Positions 49,801 to 60,041 of a DNA stretch of 60,764 nucleotides are shown in pieces. Under the pieces are notes generated by a model. It was not told the DNA's origin. It made no database searches and was given only the letters and a program-made list of their open reading frames with translations. The stretch covers positions 1-60,764 of the forward strand of contig JAQGDQ010001126.1 of the NCBI GenBank assembly GCA_030141605.1, written 5' to 3'. The translations under genes were made by a program, and so were the position numbers. The first letter of the stretch is position 1; every line of letters starts with the position of its first letter. Origin of the DNA: Tubiluchus corallicola (taxonomy: Eukaryota; Animalia; Priapulida).

Positions 49801-52800
49801 AGTAATGTGTATCACACAGTCTGCGTAGTACAGTGACATTAAGCTACGACCGTCTTGTAACGGTTAATGGCATCCGATCTAGTAGTAAAAACTACCAGCA
49901 CTATCTTTGGGATCGTGGCACGGACTTCAGCTGGATACACTCAATTAATCGCCCGGGCCGCACTTTCATTAGGTTGACAAATCTCTTCGCGGGTCGCAAT
50001 TTGCACATCCCTGCTCTATGTCATAAGTTTTTTCCAATTTTTCCTACCGTTCAATCCCCAGCTTTTATGTAGGTTCTTGATTAACCAGTCAAGTACCGTC
50101 ACTTGTATATGTAATTTTATTTGTACTATGTGGCCTGTAAACTTGTGTTTTGCACGTGTCTTCTGTCTATAGTGTCATCTTTATATTATGTGTAATTTGT
50201 TGTTTTTTCTTAAATACAAAACACTAAAATTTTAAATTATGTTACGCGTGACAATCGGTTTTTAACTTGTACGGCAGCCTGCAATGTTTATCGTAGACAA
50301 TAGACATGTTTTTGCAAACAGCGTGATATTAGATTTTAAAATTTTATATTTTATTTCAAGCTTTACAAAGTTCATATTCACATCACAGATTAATAGGAAT
50401 AATACAATAAATCATGACACACATATCAAAGTTCATATACACATCATAACACAAATAACAATTAGTGATATAACAAACTATGCCAATGATGTCTAATTAC
50501 AGAAGTAAAGTTTGCATCACTGTTTAAAATGTTCTTGCATATAAAATTTTCACTCTTATTCAGCCTGACGTATAAACTGTATGCACGTTTTCTGTGAATA
50601 ACATCAAAATAAATAATATTAAGTCTAGTAGAAATATATCTAGTGTTCGTATCATATGATAAGTTAAACAGCTTCTGTGTTGATACATTATATGCAACCT
50701 TGAGTTTGCTAAGATTGTAAGAATAAAAATGTCTCCAAGTGGACATACAGTAAAAAGTAGTGCAGTAAGCATTAAACAATTGTCTCTTCACGTTAACTAA
50801 ACAGTTAGCAATTTTCATGAGTAATTCATTGGTTCTGCCAAAGTAAATTGTCATAAGATATCTAAATCATCTCTATTGTCTATTAGAATAGAATGCAATA
50901 TACATGTGTGCGTGCATGCATGTCTGTATGTGTGTACGTGTGTGTCTGTATGTGTGTACATGTGTGCATACATGTGTTATGTATGCATTCACATATTTCT
51001 TTATGGATAACGGCAATTGCTATACGAATTAGCCGTGCCTCTCACATTTGTGTGATACGTTTTCAGTATTACCTGTTTGACGGGAAATACTAGCGAAGCA
51101 TTTGAAGCCCCTGTTGTTGTTGCCGTTTCCGACACTAGGGAACAAGTCGGCCGGGACAGAGGTTACCGCATTCAGGGTGTAGCAATGTCAGTTAACAAGT
51201 TCGCTTCCAAGGTAAACTTTCTCTTTAATAAAAAGTGATGAGTTCGTGAAGAGTTTTTTGAATGGGGGTTTGAATTCTCTCTGTGTTTATATTGTTTTAC
51301 ACTGGTAAAACCTGCCGTCTTTACAAAGACATTATAGTTTATTGTTCTAGAGAGAACATTTAGCAGCTTTTTTGCTATGATGTTTTAATTATTTTTACTT
51401 ATGGCAACATTGTTCATTAATTGCTTATGACAACATTGTTCATTCATTGTTTAGGCAACATTGTTCTTTTATTGCTTATGACAAGATTGTTAATTCATTG
51501 TTTATGGCAACATTGTTCATTCATTGTTTATGGCAACACTGTTAATTCATTGCTTATGGCAGCATTGTTCATCTGTCGTTTATGGCAACATTGTTCATTT
51601 ATTGCTTATGGCAGCATTGTTCATCTGTTGTTTATGGCAACATTGTTCATTTATTGCTTATGGCAGCAGTGTTCGTCTATTGTTTACGACAACATTGTCC
51701 ATTCATTGTTTATGACAACATTATTCATTCATTGCGTATGGCAGCATTGTTCATCTGTTGTTTATAGCAGCATTGTTCATTCGTTGCTTATGGCAGCATT
51801 GTTCATTCGTCTATTGTTTATGACAACATTGTTCATTCATTACTTATGGCTACATTGTCCATTCATTGTTTATGACAGCATTGTCCATTCATTGCTTATG
51901 ACAACACTGTTCATTAATTGTTTATTGCAACATTGTTTATTCATTGCTTTCAGCAATATTGTTCATTCATTGTTTACAGTAACATTGTTTATGACTACAT
52001 TGTCCATTCGTTGTTTATGACAACACTGCTCATTCATTGTTTATAACATCAAAAAAGTATTGAGTTTTTTGTGAGTCTTTTATTTTGTCTGATTTTTTCA
52101 TCATTTTCTGCTTCATTGAGATCACTAAATACTTAAAGTTATAAGTTCTTTTTACATACAATTGCATAGTTCCTGAACTGCATTTTGTATTAAAACAACT
52201 TTACAGATGCAGATTTATTGTGCTTAACTAACTTTGAAAAAATAATAACTTTGAACAAGAAAAGGGGCACCTGAAGTAGGTTTCAGAAAAACTGCCTTAA
52301 AAAATTATATTTCTTTACAGCAATTTTATGCACATATCATATTCGCTTTGAAAAGAATTTTTGTTTGTTTTCATTTTAAATCTCCCACAATACTGTTCCG
52401 AAGTCGCCATTACATGACGTCACTATGCCATGTAAATCAGGAGAAGAAAAGGAAATGTTAAATTATATCCCAAAATACTTTCCGTGCAAATCTATATTAC
52501 TTAACATTTTACTTACCTACTGGAAACACTAGACTAATAATTTAAAATGTTTGTGCCAATTGGTAAAATGTCATCAAAAATCAAATGTTATCAAAACTTG
52601 TTTCAAACGACCTACCATTAAAATGGCTGCGCCTAACGGTCATTGCGGGAGTTTAAATTTTTACGTTTTATGCAGCGTTACTGCCGATGCAAACTATGCA
52701 TACGAAAAGGTAGTAAGTAAGTGGTATAAAATTTCTAGACGAATTTTTTAAGCTTTATGTAAGTGGAAGGTTTTCTTGTGCTTTAATGGCAGCACTAATT

Positions 52801-55800
52801 GGAGTACATTAAGTGTTCAGCACAAAATAAAGTACTTGAAAATGTACTAAGGTGCCACCAATTTATGCATGAAATGACACTCAAACTACGGATTACTTTT
52901 GTAATTGTAATTGTAATTTATTATCACTTCAGCATGTATTTTTCCATTACAATTTGCATTATTATCTTTAACTATTATGCCCTATAACTAGGAAAATGAA
53001 ATATAGTTACATTAATTGTAACAGAACTACATTAGTATACTATAGCATGATATAGTTCCGGAAAAATTTCCAAATATAATTAGAAAAATTTAACAGAAGT
53101 ATATTAACATAGTTACTAAACTACATAATAGTTTGTCAACAACAAATAGATGCTGCATGGTGGTCAAGAAGCAAAGCTTGTAAGACCACCACGAAAAGTG
53201 AAAAAAAACGACTTAATTTACAAGAGAGAGAATTATAGAAAAACAGGGAGTAGTTACGATAAAATAATAGACATAGATAGAGAAAAAGAGAAAAGAAATG
53301 AATTAGAAAGAAGTTCAGCAGAGACACGATGCAAAAGTATGAAAATGCAAACTGCAAAGTAACCAGTCGCAGGATTTACGATGACTATCGGCAAAACCCA
53401 GAAATGCATTATAAGTAAGATTTGAGCAGAAGAGATTTCATATATCTTTTAAAGCCAAATAACTTTCGATGTTTTGTGACGTAAATTGATATTTTATTCC
53501 ATTGATTTGGAGCAGAAAATTTTAAAAAGTATCTGTCAACATTGTTCCTGCAAAATGGAATATAATATTCATTTTTATTGTAACAGAAAGCAAGCATCTA
53601 TTCTGCTTACCCAACTTTTGGACCTAAAGCTGGTGGAACGGTCATCTCAATACAGGGGGAGAATCTTGATATAGGTAGCCGTCATCGTCTTGGTATAAAG
53701 GTGGCCGGGATACAGTGTTCCATACTACAGTAGGTTTCTATTCATACCATTGTCATATTATAGCTTTTCTGAAACAATTCCTGTGTAGAGTTATTCCCAT
53801 ATGTTCTGCATTTTTTAGGAAATTGCCGAAATAGTAATTTTCTGGGGTGATTTCATGGACTAGGAACGTTATTTATTCTAGTATAGTTTAAAAATCTGCA
53901 AGAAGCTAAAAAAATTGTTTATTTATATTTTTTGGGCGACGTTGCTTCAAAGTGTTAATATGCGTACTTTTACATAGTGGAATCATTAGGCCTTCTATGT
54001 AAATTTAATATTTGCATGTGTTAGTATTATATAAAAATTATATATAATATTATCGTATATATTAATTCTACTGGTATATATATATATATAAGATTCGAGG
54101 CTACAGCTCGGACGGCGGCACCATTTGCGGCGATCTATACATCAAGCGAAAGGTCTCGATCTAGTGTTGTGCCATTGGGGTTATATTTTTCGAATCGGGC
54201 CCACCGGGAGGAACGGGGGGCGAAAAACCTCCAAAAATGGTCATTTTTCGGCCGTTTTTAGCAAAAGTTATACGTCTGAGATCTGGAGAACAGGAACGGG
54301 CCATGGGTGGTGCTGGGTATGGATAGATAGCCCGTTCAGCGGTGGGTGTAGTGTGCGTATTTAGAATTCGCGAGAGGGCCACGGCGTCCTGTAACGGGCG
54401 TTTTCCCGGACCCAACTCCGGATTTTTTCGAAATTTTGGTCAAACAACATGCGGAAAAACGTTCTAGCGGCGCTTAGTGTGACTCTCGGAAGGAGATATA
54501 TAGTTCTTTAGAAAGAGGAAGAACAGGGCTACATGATGATGTGGGCTATATTTTAGTATTATATTAATTATATAAAAATAATTTTGTTTGTGTATTATAT
54601 ACAGCATTTAACGACTAAAGGTAGTAATTGAAAATGTTCGTCCTAAAAACGGCAAGACGTTTGTGAGGCATTAAATTTTTAGCTCTAGCGCTATTTTTAT
54701 TTGTTTACGTTAAAAATGCATATGAAGTGAAATATTTTGAAAGTAGCATCTTCCTAGATGTGGAAAATTTTACACAGAAGTCTGTGACCTGTGTCGATCA
54801 ATTTGTATCATTTTAAATTCGTCGTTTCTTCTCCTCTTTTCCTTCTTCCTATCCCTAATCTTACTATTTTGTTCCATTCCATCATTTCTTCTAACCCTAA
54901 CCATTCTTTCATTCACTCATCCTCCCCTCCCTTCCTTCTTCCAATCCCTAATCTTACTATTTTTTCCATTCCATCATGTCTACTAACCCTAACCATTCTT
55001 TCATTCACTCATCCTCCCCTCCCTTCCTTCCTCCTATCCCTAATCTTACTAGTTTTTTCATTCCATCATGTCTACTAACCCTAACCATTCTTTCATTTAC
55101 TCATCCTCCCCTCCCTTCCTTCTTCCTATCCCTAATCTTACTATTTTTTCCATTCCATCATGTCTACTAACCCTAACCATTCTTTCATTCACTCATCCTT
55201 CCCTTCCTTCCTTCTTCCTATCCCTAATCTTACTAGTTTTTTCCATTCCATCATGTCTACTAACCCTAACCATTCTTTCATTCACTCATCCTTCCCTCCC
55301 TTCCTTCTTCCTATCCCTAATCTTACTATTTTTGTCCATTTCCTTCTTCCTATCCCTAATCTTACTATTTTTGTCCATTCCATCATGTCTACTAACCCTA
55401 ACCATTCTCTCATTCACTCATTTGTGCCACCCTAATAAGCCAAGCTTTCAAAGTGTCATACAGCAACTCTTTTATTTGGTTATTTGACTTCATCAGCGGT
55501 TTTTTACCTAAACTGTTTCTTTTTTTCAATAATATTGTATGTTGATGTATTGCTGGAGTGAAATAAATTGATTGATTGATTCATTCATTCATTCATTACT
55601 GTGGTTTGAGTAAAGCAAGTGTCTTAGAGTCTTAGACTTCATTTTATTTCATTTTATAGAGTAAAAAAGTCTGAAATTACGTGCAAAACTCGTTCATTCC
55701 TCGACGACCATTCTGGACATGTACATGATGCGCCACAGGACAGTCTCGTGATCTTTGACTCGCCACCAGATGGCAGCAGCTACGTCGGCGACATAGTCTT

Positions 55801-57878
55801 GACCATCGACAACGCTGTTCTGAAACTGGACGGTTTTTCGTTCACGTATATGTCCGATCCGGAAGTTGAAAAAGTTGAACCAAACTTGAGCTTCATGAGG
55901 TACGTTAATATCTATGCGCTTTTACAGCAAATTATTGATTTTTCAACGACTGATGTCTAAATTTCTTAAATATCACATTTCAATGTTTGCTTAACACTTA
56001 AAAGCGACACATATGTCGTCTTAAGTAAACAAATGTAGAGGTGTGTCTTGAAAAGCCAGCAGACTCTGCCCGCTTGTCACTACAGGTGAGGTGGGTAAGT
56101 TGTAAAGTCACATGACAGAGCTTGATTAACCACCAAACAAACAAGTGATGATAACAATAACCATAACAATAACAATAACAATAATAATAATAATAGTAGT
56201 GGTAGTAGTAGTAGTGGTAGTGGTAGTGGTAGTAGTAGTAGCAGTAGCAGTAGCAGCAGCAGCAGCAGTAGTAGTAATAATAATAATAATAGTAATAATA
56301 ATAACAACAACAACAATAATAGTAATAATAATAATAATAATCTTTATTGAAAGTCGGCTTTTGGGTCAACAATTAACATTAGCTCAAAGAGCTATTATCG
56401 CCGACTGTAAATAACAACCTACAACTACATAACAGAGACTATTATTACCCCACTTTTACCCTAAATACCACGCGTCAGACAGGGCAACAGCAGGTACCAT
56501 TTTTAAAATCTTTGGTATGACCCGACCGTTGGTTCGAACTCACGACCTCCCAGACGGAAAGCAGACGCATTACCACTAGACTAAACCGTCTGGTCAAAGT
56601 GATGTGAAAGGAGCTTCTGTGTTGCAAGTGTAGAGAGTCTAGTGTAATTTTGCAGAATGCCCTAAAAAGACCATTTCATACTGCTTTATTTATGTTTTGC
56701 AGATAGGTACTGTATTGTTTATTATAATACAGCCTTAGCAATTAACAGCCTTATAACACAGCATAGCTGGGTGCTGTGTATTTTGCTTAAAGGAAGACTG
56801 GACGATTGTTTAGACTCAATCTCATTTTAATTTACTGTCCAAAATATACATTTTTTTACCTATAATAGTTAATAATTGTTCCTTATATTTGAATAATCAG
56901 AATTTCACGTAAATTTGTAAAGATTTACAAGTTTCCCTGCCCGTGTTGCTTCTGGATCATGTACTTTATGCACCTTTCCTTTGTTCTTACTGTACGTGGC
57001 TGTAGTATTCCCGCTTAAACCTCCACTTCCTGTTATTAAATCTGAATTTTCCTGTTATGAGATAAGCTTCCAGGTAGCTGTTATATACCGGTCAAGTCCA
57101 ATATAACGTCTACTTCAAAGCTGCTCATAACAAATGAAAAACAGTACAAAGTTAAATGTGTGCTTGCAAACCAAAACCGTCCACAAGTCGGCTTAGTTAA
57201 AACTGCATTGTGATGTTTCAAAGTAGAATGACACAAAAATTTGGTCAAATATCAATTTTTCATAATTTATAAAAACCAACGCTAAATATGTTGGGCTTTT
57301 ACATTCTAGCATCAAATTATCAAAAAAGTGTTTGGAAAACACCCAAAATCTAATTTTATAACTCCTTACCCACTTTTCTGTCTAGAAACTAGTACTGCAA
57401 TTGTAAAAAAAACTCCTATTTTCAAACTCCGATTGTAGCTCATGGAAACTGTCATTTTGCTTCAGATTTTTTTTGATGCCAAGCCCAGACCTTCTTCAGG
57501 GATTGGGAGTTCGATGCTGTGCTTGGCCGATTATCAAAATGTTCTGATAAACACCATAGGGGAGCACATAAATTTGTTTTTTGTAGCTCGCTTTACAATC
57601 GCAGCAGTGTTAATTATATAGTTCAGTGTGCACGCTTCTTCCGTGTTATACATAAAGTTAAGTTAGTGTCTTTGCATTTAAAAAAACAGTTCGTTTTGCT
57701 GGAGTATCAGATTTAGTTTGGATAGAGTGAATTCACCTGAAATTCTTGTTGTTGTTTCAGTGGTGGACTTGGTATCAAAGTGACCGGTAAACATCTCAAC
57801 TCTGTCGCTGAACCAAAGATGTCATTCAGTCTCTGCGATAAAGTAGACGTAGATATTCACAACTGCAAATACGAGCAG
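35013..57878 (+). CDS. MET: MET/RON (hepatocyte growth factor receptor)-like receptor, 5' part: signal peptide-Sema-PSI-IPT1-IPT2-start of IPT3; 3' exons not in window
   Basis: Hand-spliced join 35013-35169, 37012-37157, 37384-37522, 39393-39640, 43043-43265, 44349-44554, 45370-45561, 46298-46426, 47469-47636, 49341-49480, 51067-51211, 53587-53729, 55660-55899, 57761-57878 = 2394 nt (798 codons). All introns are GT-AG, phases match, no stops. A single PSI (CSTCLTANNPNACGWCADRC) runs directly into an IPT (CPPIIEEFRPVAGPIQGGTLLKISGENFGF), which is the MET/RON layout and not the three-PSI plexin layout. The kinase is not visible, so a divergent plexin-like gene is not excluded. Confidence 0.8.
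35196..35681 (+). mobile_element. hAT MITE family C
   Basis: TIR CAGGGATGAGAAT...ATTCTCATCCCTG; flanks share AACTTG; near-copy at 39977-40431. Confidence 0.85.
35816..36195 (+). repeat. ~156-bp tandem duplication, ~2.4 copies
   Basis: GTATTGATTGTCGTC block recurs at ~35847, ~36000 and ~36158. Confidence 0.8.
37012..37157 (+). CDS. MET-like exon 2 (Sema)
   Basis: GATNWLYRLDKSLQTLEVLQTGPAEDNLNCLPPPVQCEHPRTLTDNENK, typical of the plexin/MET Sema N-terminus. Confidence 0.93.
37384..37522 (+). CDS. MET-like exon 3 (Sema)
   Basis: VLLLDPSSGYLLVCGSAYQGLCRLVDPDNF...; CGS-x-x-QG-x-C Sema motif. Confidence 0.93.
37529..37972 (+). repeat. compound trinucleotide microsatellite (AGT/GGT/GGC/AGC)n
   Basis: Directly visible; begins ~7 nt after the exon 3 donor. 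Confidence 0.96.
38542..39229. mobile_element. hAT (Blackjack-like) MITE
   Basis: TIRs TAGGGTTACTATA / TATGGTTACCCTA; perfect 8-bp TSD AATATACG; subterminal GGACA repeats. Confidence 0.88.
39393..39640 (+). CDS. MET-like exon 4 (Sema)
   Basis: RDSVLAVVGSGVSCLDYDANDRC...KYFPSIRKTRK; phase 1-0. Confidence 0.85.
39862..40785. mobile_element. Tc1/pogo (Tigger-like) MITE
   Basis: TA-CAGTCACCTCAGGTATAAGG ... CCTTATATCCGAGATTGACTG-TA; TA TSD; repeated subterminal TATAAGGGA motifs. Confidence 0.75.
39977..40431 (+). mobile_element. hAT MITE family C nested in a pogo/Tigger-like MITE
   Basis: TIR CAGGGATGAGAAT; perfect 8-bp TSD ATATAAGG. Confidence 0.9.
41461..42137. mobile_element. diverged copy of the 21858-22619 MITE family
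   Basis: Collinear similarity (GTAATTGACTC, CATGTTAAGTAC-like, TTTCTGGAAGCT blocks); ends CCTACTG. Confidence 0.65.
42467..42949 (-). mobile_element. hAT MITE family A
   Basis: TIRs CAGGG(A/G)TGTGCAAATT; 8-bp TSD TGCTAGTG/TACTAGTG. Confidence 0.9.
43043..43265 (+). CDS. MET-like exon 5 (Sema)
   Basis: VRFVSGFTYNNLLFIIVVQ...TSIIRLCNDE...YVELPLRC...AEAAHLG; phase 0-1. Confidence 0.92.
43686..44269 (+). repeat. ~120-130-bp minisatellite, ~5 copies
   Basis: GAGAAAATGATTCACTGTAGTCTAACTTG... recurs five times. Confidence 0.92.
44349..44554 (+). CDS. MET-like exon 6 (Sema)
   Basis: DGVLFVSFGR...SVICAYSMDTIVSQAGSAIRSCFK...PWF...RCSST; phase 1-0. Confidence 0.92.
44837..45333 (+). repeat. ~122-bp minisatellite, 4 copies
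   Basis: AACATAGCACTCTTTGTTGCGGCAC...CTGCTGCCATCTATTG...; ends ~35 nt before the exon 7 acceptor. Confidence 0.93.
45370..45561 (+). CDS. MET-like exon 7 (Sema)
   Basis: SVQQSWNYFCGSSRGNQ...KSHTVAVLGTSTGLLFE; 192 nt, phase 0-0. Confidence 0.9.
45574..45726 (+). repeat. (GAT/GGT/AAT)n microsatellite
   Basis: Directly visible just after the exon 7 donor. Confidence 0.93.
46298..46426 (+). CDS. MET-like exon 8 (end of Sema)
   Basis: TVINSSVEQRPPFISLQVGDGTPITKLAFAKTGRFVYAVARNK; phase 0-0. Confidence 0.88.
47469..47636 (+). CDS. MET-like exon 9 (PSI domain)
   Basis: VTKIPLESCDLYQECSTCLTANNPNACGWCADRCSTFSGCRGNQWSDKVCPPIIEE. Confidence 0.95.
48064..48523 (+). mobile_element. hAT MITE family A
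   Basis: TIRs CAGGGGTGTGCAAATT; perfect 8-bp TSD GTTTAATA (nnnTAnnn, Buster-type target). Confidence 0.92.
49341..49480 (+). CDS. MET-like exon 10 (IPT1)
   Basis: FRPVAGPIQGGTLLKISGENFGFPLHTSVTITINGIACQW...; phase 0-2. Confidence 0.93.
49555..50013 (+). mobile_element. hAT MITE family A
   Basis: Same TIRs; perfect 8-bp TSD CTCTATGT. Confidence 0.92.
50462..50854 (-). mobile_element. non-LTR retrotransposon ORF2 C-terminal remnant
   Basis: LFNAYCTTFYCMSTWRHFYSYNLSKLKVAYN, homologous to 19497-19823. Confidence 0.75.
51067..51211 (+). CDS. MET-like exon 11 (IPT1)
   Basis: ITCLTGNTSEAFEAPVVVAVSD...NKFASK; phase 2-0. Confidence 0.88.
51398..52047 (+). repeat. 26-bp degenerate minisatellite, ~24 copies
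   Basis: TTATGGCAACATTGTTCATTCATTG(C/T). Confidence 0.92.
53587..53729 (+). CDS. MET-like exon 12 (IPT2)
   Basis: KASIYSAYPTFGPKAGGTVISIQGENLDIGSRHRLGIKVAGIQCSIL; phase 0-2. Confidence 0.93.
54053..54552 (+). mobile_element. Helitron family 5' fragment
   Basis: A|TCGTATATATTAATTCTACTGG start; same internal blocks as the other copies. Confidence 0.7.
54820..55600 (+). repeat. 92-bp pyrimidine-rich tandem array inside a LINE-like 3' end
   Basis: Unit CCATCATGTCTACTAACCCTAACCATTCTTTC... about 6 times; ends AATAAA(TTGA)n; shorter relative at 18812-19200 on the minus strand. Confidence 0.8.
55660..55899 (+). CDS. MET-like exon 13 (IPT2/IPT3)
   Basis: VKKSEITCKTRS...DIVLTIDNAVLKLDGFSFTYMSDPEVEKVEPNLSFM; phase 2-2. 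Confidence 0.92.
56145..56342 (+). repeat. (AAT/AGT/AGC)n microsatellite
   Basis: Directly visible. Confidence 0.93.
56449..56592 (-). mobile_element. tRNA-derived SINE (truncated)
   Basis: Minus strand A box TAGTCTAGTGG and B box GTTCGAACC, followed by a GTCATACCAAAGATTTTAAAAATGGTACC core. Confidence 0.7.
57761..57878 (+). CDS. MET-like exon 14 (IPT3)
   Basis: (S)GGLGIKVTGKHLNSVAEPKMSFSLCDKVDVDIHNCKYEQ; phase 2-0. Confidence 0.9.
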
Positions 57879-57900
57879 GTAAACTCACTTCATATAAATA

Positions 57901-58033
57901 AGTCATTATTTAGGTGTTAGTAATATCAGATCTATGGTTTTGATCTAAGATTTGAAGTCGTTATTTAGGTGTTAGTAATATCAGATCTATGGTTTTGATC
58001 TAAGATTTGAAGTCATTATTTAGGTGTTAGTAA
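57901..58033 (+). repeat. 55-bp tandem repeat (2.4 copies) at the left breakpoint of the inverted duplication
   Basis: AGTC(A/G)TTATTTAGGTGTTAGTAA at 57901, 57956 and 58011. Confidence 0.9.
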
Positions 58034-60041
58034 CATGATGGAATGGAAAAAATAGTAAGATTAGGGATAGGAAGAAGGAAGGAAGGGAAGGATGAGTGAA
58101 TGAAAGAATGGTTAGGGTTAGTAGACATGATGGAATGGAAAAAATAGTAAGATTAGGGATAGGAAGAAGGAAGGGAGGGGAGGATGAGTAAATGAAAGAA
58201 TGGTTAGGGTTAGTAGACATGATGGAATGAAAAAACTAGTAAGATTAGGGATAGGAGGAAGGAAGGGAGGGGAGGATGAGTGAATGAAAGAATGGTTAGG
58301 GTCAGAAGACATGATGGAATGGAAAAAATAGTAAGATTAGGGATTGGAAGAAGGAAGGGAGGGGAGGATGAGTGAATGAAAGAATGGTTAGGGTTAGAAG
58401 AAATGATGGAATGGAACAAAATAGTAAGATTAGGGATAGGAAGAAGGAAAAGAGGAGAAGAAACGACGAATTTAAAATGATACAAATTGATCGACACAGG
58501 TCACAGACTTCTGTGTAAAATTTTCCACATCTAGGAAGATGCTACTTTCAAAATATTTCACTTCATATGCATTTTTAACGTAAACAAATAAAAATAGCGC
58601 TAGAGCTAAAAATTTAATGCCTCACAAACGTCTTGCCGTTTTTAGGACGAACATTTTCAATTACTACCTTTAGTCGTTAAATGCTGTATATAATACACAA
58701 ACAAAATTATTTTTATATAATTAATATAATACTAAAATATAGCCCACATCATCATGTAGCCCTGTTCTTCCTCTTTCAGATGAGCTATATATCTCCTTCC
58801 GAGAGTCACACTAAGCGCCGCTAGAACGTTTTTCCGCATGTTGTTTGACCAAAATTTCGAAAAAATCCGGAGTTGGGTCCGGGAAAACGCCCGTTACAGG
58901 ACGCCGTGGCCCTCTCGCGAATTCTAAATACGCACACTACACCCACCGCTGAACGGGCTATCTATCCATACCCAGCACCACCCATGGCCCGTTCCTGTTC
59001 TCCAGATCTCAGACGTATAACTTTTGCTAAAAACGGCCGAAAAATGACCATTTTTGGAGGTTTTTCGCCCCCCGTTCCTCCCGGTGGGCCCGATTCGAAA
59101 AATATAACCCCAATGGCACAACACTAGATCGAGACCTTTCGCTTGATGTATAGATCGCCGCAAATGGTGCCGCCGTCCGAGCTGTAGCCTCGAATCTTAT
59201 ATATATATATATACCAGTAGAATTAATATATACGATAATATTATATATAATTTTTATATAATACTAACACATGCAAATATTAAATTTACATAGAAGGCCT
59301 AATGATTCCACTATGTAAAAGTACGCATATTAACACTTTGAAGCAACGTCGCCCAAAAAATATAAATAAACAATTTTTTTAGCTTCTTGCAGATTTTTAA
59401 ACTATACTAGAATAAATAACGTTCCTAGTCCATGAAATCACCCCAGAAAATTACTATTTCGGCAATTTCCTAAAAAATGCAGAACATATGGGAATAACTC
59501 TACACAGGAATTGTTTCAGAAAAGCTATAATATGACAATGGTATGAATAGAAACCTACTGTAGTATGGAACACTGTATCCCGGCCACCTTTATACCAAGA
59601 CGATGACGGCTACCTATATCAAGATTCTCCCCCTGTATTGAGATGACCGTTCCACCAGCTTTAGGTCCAAAAGTTGGGTAAGCAGAATAGATGCTTGCTT
59701 TCTGTTACAATAAAAATGAATATTATATTCCATTTTGCAGGAACAATGTTGACAGATACTTTTTAAAATTTTCTGCTCCAAATCAATGGAATAAAATATC
59801 AATTTACGTCACAAAACATCGAAAGTTATTTGGCTTTAAAAGATATATGAAATCTCTTCTGCTCAAATCTTACTTATAATGCATTTCTGGGTTTTGCCGA
59901 TAGTCATCGTAAATCCTGCGACTGGTTACTTTGCAGTTTGCATTTTCATACTTTTGCATCGTGTCTCTGCTGAACTTCTTTCTAATTCATTTCTTTTCTC
60001 TTTTTCTCTATCTATGTCTATTATTTTATCGTAACTACTCC
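58033..60041 (-). repeat. ~2.0 kb inverted duplication of 53247-55256 (includes antisense copy of MET-like exon 12)
   Basis: Mirrored ORF pairs have a constant coordinate sum of 113288 (54125/59163, 54791/58497, 53486/59802). Only a few mismatches seen. Confidence 0.95.
59559..59701 (-). pseudogene. inverted orphan copy of MET-like exon 12
   Basis: Reverse complement of 53587-53729, including its splice sites. Confidence 0.85.

Noticed and set aside
51421-52020. 199-aa hydrophobic repetitive ORF
   Set aside because: Translation of the degenerate 26-bp minisatellite inside MET-like intron 11.
54820-55420. TAACCCTAACC as interstitial telomeric repeat
   Set aside because: Fewer than two hexamers per 92-bp unit; part of a LINE-like 3' repeat.
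35013-57878. Plexin annotation for the Sema gene
   Set aside because: Only one PSI precedes the IPT run and the exon phases follow MET. Plexin is kept only as a fallback until the cytoplasmic exons are seen.
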